A DNA stretch of 44,824 nt from an uncultured bacterium. Lineage in GTDB: Bacteria > UBP4 > UBA4092. Shown here piece by piece: positions 37,974 to 44,824 of this stretch. Made by a program: the position numbers and the translations under genes. Every line of letters begins with the position of its first letter. Within the stretch, counting starts at the first letter, position 1. The notes beneath the pieces are model-generated. The model searched no databases, was not told the DNA's origin, and saw nothing but the letters and a program-made list of their open reading frames with translations. The DNA is taken from contig CAZXWN010000004.1 of assembly GCA_964644695.1 (NCBI GenBank), positions 124,001 to 168,824 of the forward strand, written 5' to 3'.

Positions 37974-38501
37974 TTACTTCTTACGGACGGGGCTGTAGAG
38001 AAACATTTCGTTGGAGCCATTAAACTCCGCAGGATATAACTCAAAAAAAGGATGGTTGGCACAGTCACATCCCTGTGTTGGTCCACAATAAGTTTCCCAT
38101 TCCGATTGTGCAGCAAACCACCCCTGAGTCGCATTCCAAGTCTGAGATAATTCACCCAGATTGCGAACCGGGAATACAATATAACTACAACGGGGAATCT
38201 GAACTTCTATCATGCCTTCGGGTATTTCTGCATCGTCTGCGGCTGGAACAGCAGCAATGTATTCAAAAGAACCATCCGTGGCACCTGGGATACAGCGGCA
38301 CAAACCAAAAGACATAAATGGACCACTGTAGGGTTTAACTTCTTTCATTCGGCTTATGAAACCATCTGGACTACTCCACAACGATGGGATTTCCTGATTC
38401 TCATTTTTTCCCTTATAGTTCATCCCGATGGCCCGATAGGGTCCAAACTCTTTGACAACAGGTTCTGTCATAAAACTAAACGGTACTTCATTCTGACTCA
38501 T
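37974..38501 (-). CDS. GyrI-like small-molecule-binding protein
   Basis: IPSLW, FEYIAAV, IPEGM and FELYP. Confidence 0.82.
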   Translation of the reverse strand: MSQNEVPFSFMTEPVVKEFGPYRAIGMNYKGKNENQEIPSLWSSPDGFISRMKEVKPYSGPFMSFGLCRCIPGATDGSFEYIAAVPAADDAEIPEGMIEVQIPRCSYIVFPVRNLGELSQTWNATQGWFAAQSEWETYCGPTQGCDCANHPFFELYPAEFNGSNEMFLYSPVRKK

Positions 38502-38534
38502 TATTGCCTCCTTGTTTTACTGATTACCAATAAA

Positions 38535-39338
38535 TTAATGACTGAAAATCCAGTCATTCATAACTTCGAAGAATCGATCCTTTGCCCACTTTTCAGCCCA
38601 GGGACTGTGCCCACATTTTTCCAGTTCAATATACACTAACTGAGGCATATATTCCAAAAGAACATCCCTGATGGATTTCCCGGGATGAGGGTCATAATCA
38701 CCATGGATCATCAACACCGGGCATTTTATATTTGTGAAATGCTGGGGATATAATCCTTCCTCCTGACATTTCAACATGTCATCCCATGTTTCCTGATGGG
38801 CTTTTGCATCAAATCTGCCAGGGCCATCACTTGTTTCAATAACGGTTTCGTAATTATACACAGGGTGAATCAATTCATATTGTCTGGGAAGATGGTCATT
38901 AGGATGAGGATAATCCCGTGTAACTTGTTCCATCTTCTTCAAACCTTCATTCCCTAACCGGTCGAAAATGATTCGATTCATTTTCGCTCTGGACACCTTA
39001 TCGAAGGTTCCACACCCAATTAAAATCAAACTCTGCATCTTATCAGGATGAGTCGCGGCATAAGCCAAAGCCAACATCGCACCCCAGGATTCCCCGGCGA
39101 TAACAGGATTCTCATTTTGACATTCTGAGGTAATCAAATCATCTAAATCTGCCACATGCCGGGCAACAGTCAGACCTTCTTCACTATGGGTTCTCTGCCA
39201 TGGCTCCATCACACGACAGGTATCAGATAATCCTTTTGCTATCGGTGCACCTGACCCTGCGGCTCCAGGCCCACCATGAAGAACAATGACTCTGGGTCCG
39301 GTGTTACCATAATGATGAACAACTAAATCCATCATCAA
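38535..39338 (-). CDS. Alpha/beta-hydrolase (proline iminopeptidase-like)
   Basis: LHGGPG, GESWGA, HGDYD and CGHSPW.E. Confidence 0.88.
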   Translation of the reverse strand: MMMDLVVHHYGNTGPRVIVLHGGPGAAGSGAPIAKGLSDTCRVMEPWQRTHSEEGLTVARHVADLDDLITSECQNENPVIAGESWGAMLALAYAATHPDKMQSLILIGCGTFDKVSRAKMNRIIFDRLGNEGLKKMEQVTRDYPHPNDHLPRQYELIHPVYNYETVIETSDGPGRFDAKAHQETWDDMLKCQEEGLYPQHFTNIKCPVLMIHGDYDPHPGKSIRDVLLEYMPQLVYIELEKCGHSPWAEKWAKDRFFEVMNDWIFSH

Positions 39339-39628
39339 AGCCTAACTCGATAGTCTTTTAAATCCTCAGAGGTTTTGGTAGGTATAAACTCAATAACTTC
39401 ATACTCCGCCACCTGAGCTGTCACAAAAGGATCTTCCTGAATAATAGATTCCATTTCATTCCGGGAAGCTGCCTGTGCCAAAATAAATCCACCCGTTCTT
39501 GGAATCTGGGCTCCAGACATCAAGAATATGCCTTTTTTATAATTCTGGTCTAAATACTCCCGATGAGCAATCAATTGTTTATCCACTTCTTCAAGCGGTT
39601 GAAGGTATCGCAAAACTAATGCAAACAT
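39335..39628 (-). CDS. YciI family protein
   Basis: AHREYL, SG...PRTGG and EDPF. Confidence 0.88.
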   Translation of the reverse strand: MFALVLRYLQPLEEVDKQLIAHREYLDQNYKKGIFLMSGAQIPRTGGFILAQAASRNEMESIIQEDPFVTAQVAEYEVIEFIPTKTSEDLKDYRVRL

Positions 39629-39629
39629 A

Positions 39630-40190
39630 TTAAAAACCTTCCCTGATTTTCTTAACCATCTCTGCAGTATTCAGGACTTTCGAGAACACACTACCCAAAG
39701 CCGCCATATAAGCGCTCTGGACTTGCTGTGCAGAAACCGTCTGGTCATTCCAGACAAGATCACGAGTAGCACAAGCATCATGAATCAGCGTGCAATCAAA
39801 ACCGAGATCAAAAGCCGCCCGAACTGTTGTATCCACACATATATGGGTCATCATACCCGCAACAATCAAACGGTTAATATCCTTTTCTTTCAGCACCATT
39901 TCAAGTTCAGTACCCCGAAAACTATTGGGATAATGTTTTCGAAGCACTATCTCTTCAGGTAGTGGAGTCACACTGGAGTGAATATCTACACCCGGAGTAT
40001 CCGGTATAAAGAAAGTAGATCCAGGACGGAGTGAGAAATGTTGGATATGGATTACGGGAACACTCGAATCCCGGCAGGCAGACAACAGTTTACCTGCATT
40101 CTCCCCGGCCTGTTCAGCTCCCACCAGTTCCATTTTCCCACCGGGGAAATAATCATTCTGAATATCAATCAATAATAATGCTGTATCCAT
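39630..40190 (-). CDS. Isochorismatase-family cysteine hydrolase
   Basis: ALLLIDIQNDYF, K..PNSF and GMMTHICVDTT. Confidence 0.93.
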   Translation of the reverse strand: MDTALLLIDIQNDYFPGGKMELVGAEQAGENAGKLLSACRDSSVPVIHIQHFSLRPGSTFFIPDTPGVDIHSSVTPLPEEIVLRKHYPNSFRGTELEMVLKEKDINRLIVAGMMTHICVDTTVRAAFDLGFDCTLIHDACATRDLVWNDQTVSAQQVQSAYMAALGSVFSKVLNTAEMVKKIREGF

Positions 40191-40211
40191 ACGTCCCTCC
40201 TGAATAGAATT

Positions 40212-40691
40212 TTATCGGTCTTTTCGTAAATGAACAAAAGTCAATTTCCGCTTAATAAACTGCCGACTGGTTTCGTAATATCCCAACTTCTGATATACAT
40301 GAAGGTTCCTGACACTCTGATGTCCCGTAAACAAAGTGAAGGCTTTTGCCTGGGGAAATTCTGATTCGATGGCCAATAAAAGCTGCTGACCATATCCATG
40401 TCCCTGGTATTGAGGATCTACGACTAAGCGCCCAATATGACAGACTTTTTGGAAATCCAAAGCACCTCGGACAGACCCGACAATTCGGCCTCCAGTCTCT
40501 CCTACTAATACCGTGATGGTCTCAATATCATGCTGTAACTCTTCCAGGGTCTCAGTTAGGGGCGCTATGGTCCAATCCTGATACAGTTCCGCTTCCACCT
40601 GATAAGCTGACCTCTGGATAGTCAAAAGTGTTTCAGCATCCTCAACAGTCGCTTTCCGAACGGTAAGGGTTTCAGAGTTTTCTGCATACAT
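40212..40691 (-). CDS. GNAT N-acetyltransferase
   Basis: IGRLVVDPQYQGHGYG and N..VYQKLGY. Confidence 0.9.
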   Translation of the reverse strand: MYAENSETLTVRKATVEDAETLLTIQRSAYQVEAELYQDWTIAPLTETLEELQHDIETITVLVGETGGRIVGSVRGALDFQKVCHIGRLVVDPQYQGHGYGQQLLLAIESEFPQAKAFTLFTGHQSVRNLHVYQKLGYYETSRQFIKRKLTFVHLRKDR

Positions 40692-41400
40692 AAGTCAGGC
40701 ACCGGGGAAACTCTGATTCCTTGAATTCGATTTGGAACCCAGCCCTCTCAAATAAGCCATCCATGATCCAGTCATAGGTACTGTGTTCATCCCGAATGTG
40801 AGTAGCCGTTTCATCTGCCATACTATCACCGGCATTCTTCCGCATACCCTCCACCCAGCCATTCACTTCTTCCGCATAACGGTCCAGAGGAAAACCAAAC
40901 ACCACATCAAACAAATAAAACTTCCCTCCGGGTTTGAGCATGGAATGAATTCGGGTGAGAGCCACACCTTTCCAGAAATCAGGCAGGTGATGGAAAGCTG
41001 CCACAGATACCACAGCATCCACAGGTTCACCTTGATGTTCATAAGTCAGGAATCCTGCACAATGGTAATCCAGATTTGTCAGTTCTGATTGAATAGCTTT
41101 CCGGCGACATACTTCCAACATGGCTGCAGATACATCCACGGCATAAACCTTCTTACAATGACGAGCAGCAGTCAATACAAAGGCTCCCGTTCCACAACCA
41201 ATATCAATCACGGACTGATCTTGAGTGAGACCCAGTTTTTCAATTACGCGGAGAGCATCCTTTTCAAAATCCCTGAATTTCGAGTGCTGCGCATCATACT
41301 TCAGTGCAACTTCCACATCCGCATAATCTATCCCACAGTGCAGAGCTTCTTTGTACCACCAGGACGGTCTGGCAAGAGCAGGTTCGGTATCCCATTCCAT
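40672..41400 (-). CDS. Class I SAM-dependent methyltransferase
   Basis: IDIGCGTG, AVDVS, FHHLPD and LKPGG. Confidence 0.92.
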   Translation of the reverse strand: MEWDTEPALARPSWWYKEALHCGIDYADVEVALKYDAQHSKFRDFEKDALRVIEKLGLTQDQSVIDIGCGTGAFVLTAARHCKKVYAVDVSAAMLEVCRRKAIQSELTNLDYHCAGFLTYEHQGEPVDAVVSVAAFHHLPDFWKGVALTRIHSMLKPGGKFYLFDVVFGFPLDRYAEEVNGWVEGMRKNAGDSMADETATHIRDEHSTYDWIMDGLFERAGFQIEFKESEFPRCLTYVCRKL

Positions 41401-41471
41401 ACGAATTACCTCGCTTTAAATAACTATTTATTTTAGCAGGGATATCCAAACCTTCAAGAATCAAATTATTA

Positions 41472-41512
41472 CGAGGAAATCCCAAATCATGAATCAATTT
41501 GGGATTTCCTCG
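41472..41512. terminator. 16-bp perfect hairpin (terminator or mRNA-stabilising stem)
   Basis: CGAGGAAATCCCAAAT-9 nt-ATTTGGGATTTCCTCG just downstream of the 41529 stop. No strong U-tract. Confidence 0.55.
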
Positions 41513-41528
41513 ATTATTACAGGCTATT

Positions 41529-42206
41529 TTAAGCCTTCTTCAAATAGTCTTCAATGAGTTTAACTCTGTCCAATCGACCTCTCCGGCGATTGATATTCAC
41601 AGACAATTCCAAAGGGGGCACTCTCAGTGAATACCCTTTCCAGATAACGGTCTCCGCATGAGCCATAGCATAAGGTCCGGCATCAGTAGGTTCAGTTTGA
41701 TCCAGACAATCCAGGGTATCAAACGCAATACTGATCAACGCTTTATGGAATAAAGCACCATACGCCTTCGCCACCCAGTTGTCACAACCCTGTAAAGGCT
41801 CCATCACAACATCCCCAAATAATGATTGCACCTTCTCCATATCTTTGAGGTAACAAATAACATCAACATCCCGAGGAGTCACCTCAATACCTCTCACCAA
41901 CAAATTCAAACTTCCCACCAATAGCCACTCAACCCCTGTATCCTTCAATCTCTCTGCGAAAAAAGACAACGCATCTTCCCAGGGAACCGGAGCCAATCCC
42001 GCCAATTGATCCAGCATGGATTGTCCATTTTTAATAAAGTTTTCGCCAATGGTTTGGATATGGGGTGTTGTGGCGGGATAACTCTTGAAAAAAGTATCAC
42101 CCTCCTGTTGGTAGTAGCTTTCTTTCAAACTGGGATGATATTTTTCAGGCACTTGCTGGATCCTGAACTGAAAGTGATCATCCTTCTTCTGTACTGTGAA
42201 TTCCAT
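41529..42206 (-). CDS. Pol-beta-superfamily nucleotidyltransferase-like protein
   Basis: WLLVGS...RG....PRDVDV, matching GS-x(n)-DxD. Confidence 0.65.
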   Translation of the reverse strand: MEFTVQKKDDHFQFRIQQVPEKYHPSLKESYYQQEGDTFFKSYPATTPHIQTIGENFIKNGQSMLDQLAGLAPVPWEDALSFFAERLKDTGVEWLLVGSLNLLVRGIEVTPRDVDVICYLKDMEKVQSLFGDVVMEPLQGCDNWVAKAYGALFHKALISIAFDTLDCLDQTEPTDAGPYAMAHAETVIWKGYSLRVPPLELSVNINRRRGRLDRVKLIEDYLKKA

Positions 42207-42283
42207 TGTCTTATCCTCTTCTGAATTAGTTTTGTTATATCCAAGTTACCAATTTCATCTAAGGGTGGTGAACAAATGGAGGG

Positions 42284-43039
42284 TTAGAAAGATATGTTTT
42301 TTATTTCTTCTAACAATGCCTGGACTTTAAGGGCACCCTTAATATTATTTTTCAGAGCTTTCAACCAGCAATCTCCCACCCATACCCAGGAACGATCTTC
42401 CGGATTTCCGGGAGCATTCAGAGCTTCTACCATTCCCTGAGTAATCCCACGGTCATATTGATTCAGGCTGGCATAGATGGCAGAGATACTGTATTTGGAT
42501 TGCCGCAGCATGTAGATAATACGAAGTCGTTCAATCTCACGGTCACTATAGACTCGCGTCTGATTTTTCCCCGTGCGGGGAATTTGGATCAATTTATTCC
42601 GTTCCCAATTCCGGAGAACCTCAGGGGTAACACCAAGAAGGATGGCAGCCTGTTTATGGCTGTATTTATTTCGGCTGAGACGGGAGGTTTTTCGATTGGC
42701 CCATCGCTGGAGGATTTGGGCTGTTTTACGAGCGGTCTGGTATTCAGAATTTATCTTGTCCCGATAAATCTGAGTTGCCTCAATGGCTCTGGGGATATCC
42801 CATTCCCGCATAGCTCGTATGATTGAAAGTGAGGCGGCCCGGATTTCGCGTCCGAGCCACCCACAATCATAAATACAACGACATATTTTGATTTGATAAA
42901 GATGTCTGTCATCAAACAACCGGTATCCAGAAGAACTCCGCGGAGCCGTCGAGATAAACCCAATCTCCTCATAAAATCTGACTGTATTGGGATGGATTTT
43001 AACCATCCGGGCTAAATCAATCGTGCGGTATCGAGTCAT
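42284..43039 (-). CDS. MerR-family regulator with two HTH domains
   Basis: HPNTVRFYEEIG...R...GYR.F and GVTPEVLRNWERN..I...R....R.Y. Confidence 0.9.
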   Translation of the reverse strand: MTRYRTIDLARMVKIHPNTVRFYEEIGFISTAPRSSSGYRLFDDRHLYQIKICRCIYDCGWLGREIRAASLSIIRAMREWDIPRAIEATQIYRDKINSEYQTARKTAQILQRWANRKTSRLSRNKYSHKQAAILLGVTPEVLRNWERNKLIQIPRTGKNQTRVYSDREIERLRIIYMLRQSKYSISAIYASLNQYDRGITQGMVEALNAPGNPEDRSWVWVGDCWLKALKNNIKGALKVQALLEEIKNISF

Positions 43040-43069
43040 GGGAGACTGTTTGATAACAATACCTTTTCC

Positions 43070-44353
43070 TTACTTTTTCTGAACCAGGGGCTCAATCAGT
43101 TGATCATTCTTTTTGTCGATTGAGAATGTATCAAGGACTGTGCCGTCTTGTTTATAAGCAGTGACGGTCAACAACTTATCCTTCACATTTACCACCATAT
43201 AATTGGGCTGATCCTGTGGATCATAGAAGAAAGCATTGAAAGGTTGTTTACCAATATTCTTATAGAACTTGGTACCACTGCGGCCGTTCATATAATAGAC
43301 CGTTCCCTGAGAAGGTTTTTCCATAAACTGGGTGTTGTTAGTAATGAAAGTACGGCCGACTCCATGGTCATGTCCATTAAAGACCACACTGACATTGTGT
43401 TTTTCAAGAACAGGACAGAAGGCTTTTCTGATCTTAAGATTCTGGCGGGAAGCCATTAAGGGATATGGTGTTTTATGGAAGAAAGCCAGGTCCCAGGTGG
43501 CTTTGGATTTGACTAAATCATTATCAAGCCATTTTTTCTGAGTATATAAAATATCGCCATACATATCTTCTTCATCCTGCTGACTGTCTAACATGACCAG
43601 ATGAGTATTTCCATAATTCCAGGAATAGACCTGATTCTTTAACCCTTCAGGACCATTCTGCGGAAGGGGAATAAAAGCATTGAAATAGGCAGGGCGGCGA
43701 ACACTCACATTTCCATAAGTTTCATGGTTTCCAAAAGCAGGCATCAAAGGCAGAGAGTCAATCACACCCGCACCGGCATTCAACCAACCTTCCCAATGAG
43801 CACCGCTTTGTCCGATATCAACCAAATCACCGGTAAGCGTGATAAATTTCGCATCAGGATTGGCTTTCAGAGCATTATTCAAAGTGGTACTCCAGACACT
43901 GTAAGGAGCATTTCCGGAAGCACTACTTTGACTGTCTCCAAAAACCAGGAATTTAAACGAACGGGACTTAGGATCAGCTGTCACAAAATTATAGGATTTA
44001 CTCCAGACATTTCCGGTCCCAACCTGATAACTGTATTGTTTATTGGAAGACAGATTCTTCAAAGTGACTCGGAATAATCGGGATATTCCCAAGTCGGTTG
44101 TTAAATCAGAATAACTGGCACTGGCTTTTTTTACCGACCCTTTCAAAGACTTACTTGGGGCATATTGGACCACACCCACATTGACCGTGGTATCCGTCCG
44201 CCAGGAAATCGTGATAGAGGTTGCGGGATTTTCCATCCAGGTGAGCAGGACATGGTCCGGGGTAGGTTTGGCACCGTTAACAACGGTCTGGCCCCAAGAG
44301 ATACCTACACTGAAGATTAATACACACACCAACAGGGATACTAAACGTTTCAT
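43070..44353 (-). CDS. Secreted purple-acid-phosphatase-like metallophosphoesterase (FN3 plus calcineurin-like domain)
   Basis: Signal peptide, GDSQ, GDLVD, GNHE and GHDH. Confidence 0.92.
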   Translation of the reverse strand: MKRLVSLLVCVLIFSVGISWGQTVVNGAKPTPDHVLLTWMENPATSITISWRTDTTVNVGVVQYAPSKSLKGSVKKASASYSDLTTDLGISRLFRVTLKNLSSNKQYSYQVGTGNVWSKSYNFVTADPKSRSFKFLVFGDSQSSASGNAPYSVWSTTLNNALKANPDAKFITLTGDLVDIGQSGAHWEGWLNAGAGVIDSLPLMPAFGNHETYGNVSVRRPAYFNAFIPLPQNGPEGLKNQVYSWNYGNTHLVMLDSQQDEEDMYGDILYTQKKWLDNDLVKSKATWDLAFFHKTPYPLMASRQNLKIRKAFCPVLEKHNVSVVFNGHDHGVGRTFITNNTQFMEKPSQGTVYYMNGRSGTKFYKNIGKQPFNAFFYDPQDQPNYMVVNVKDKLLTVTAYKQDGTVLDTFSIDKKNDQLIEPLVQKK

Positions 44354-44698
44354 GAAACAATTCTCCGTAGTAATTCAGATTTTCTGCTATTTTTTCATAG
44401 ACAGAATAGAGAAAATCAGCAGAAATCCGCATCAGAAACATATTAACAGGGTCTATGATAATCAGATTTATGCCGACCCTTGTTATGGTATCGCATCACC
44501 CCCGCGATATCAAGAATCCCTCATGATCCGTATGTATTCGCTGTGTTTGATCAGATTCAATTGTCAAAAATCATCCGGGACTATTCTCCCGTAGTGAGAC
44601 TATCCTCCCATGATTTCCCTGGCAGGGGTGTCCACACTTCGGGTCAACAGGCAACACATCGCAAAGTATAGATAAAGAGGGTTTGGAACTAAGACTAA

Positions 44699-44727
44699 TT
44701 GACAAAAGTTACAGGTAAATTTATTAT
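44699..44727 (+). promoter_or_regulatory. Sigma70 promoter
   Basis: TTGACA-17 nt-TATTAT, followed by RBS GGAGG at 44741-44745. Confidence 0.7.
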
Positions 44728-44752
44728 GGGTGAAAGTTTGGGAGGGACGATT

Positions 44753-44824
44753 ATGCTGAAGCGACTCAGGCACCTTGAATTCTGGCCTTGTTTCATTGCG
44801 ACTCTAATATTATACATACTGTTA
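44753..44824 (+). CDS. 5' end of an unknown (probably membrane or exported) protein, truncated by window edge
   Basis: MLKRLRHLEFWPCFIATLILYILL is open to the window end, with promoter and RBS upstream. Confidence 0.55.
   Translation, partial: MLKRLRHLEFWPCFIATLILYILL

Noticed and set aside
37572-43039. Integron cassette array
   Set aside because: The gene content is cassette-like, but most genes overlap or abut, and no attC sites or integrase are recognisable.

Overview
A 44.8 kb bacterial chromosomal window with one 100-N scaffold gap at 14962-15061. All family assignments come from motif recognition by eye, not database searches. Housekeeping genes are rsmA (partial), glmS, nagBA, smpB, purD and lgt. 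Accessory blocks: (i) an AT-rich defence-like island between glmS and rsmA, with a three-gene operon (class III nucleotide-cyclase-like protein, DUF5343-like protein, Swt1-like HEPN RNase) and an AbiEi/AbiEii type IV TA pair; (ii) an unannotated ~190-nt multi-hairpin RNA candidate upstream of nagA, with its own sigma70 promoter, C-rich loops and terminator; (iii) an ECF sigma / anti-sigma / short secretin-like operon; (iv) an AT-rich tandem array of immunity-like membrane proteins preceded by repeated gene-tail remnants; (v) an arsR-thioredoxin-DGC-arsF-arsG-like operon; (vi) an Ehr (NiFe-less group 4 hydrogenase-related) operon led by an HTH-PTS EIIA regulator; (vii) a run of small detoxification-type enzyme genes. 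The best candidates for novelty are the cyclase-DUF5343-HEPN operon and the C-rich-loop sRNA.
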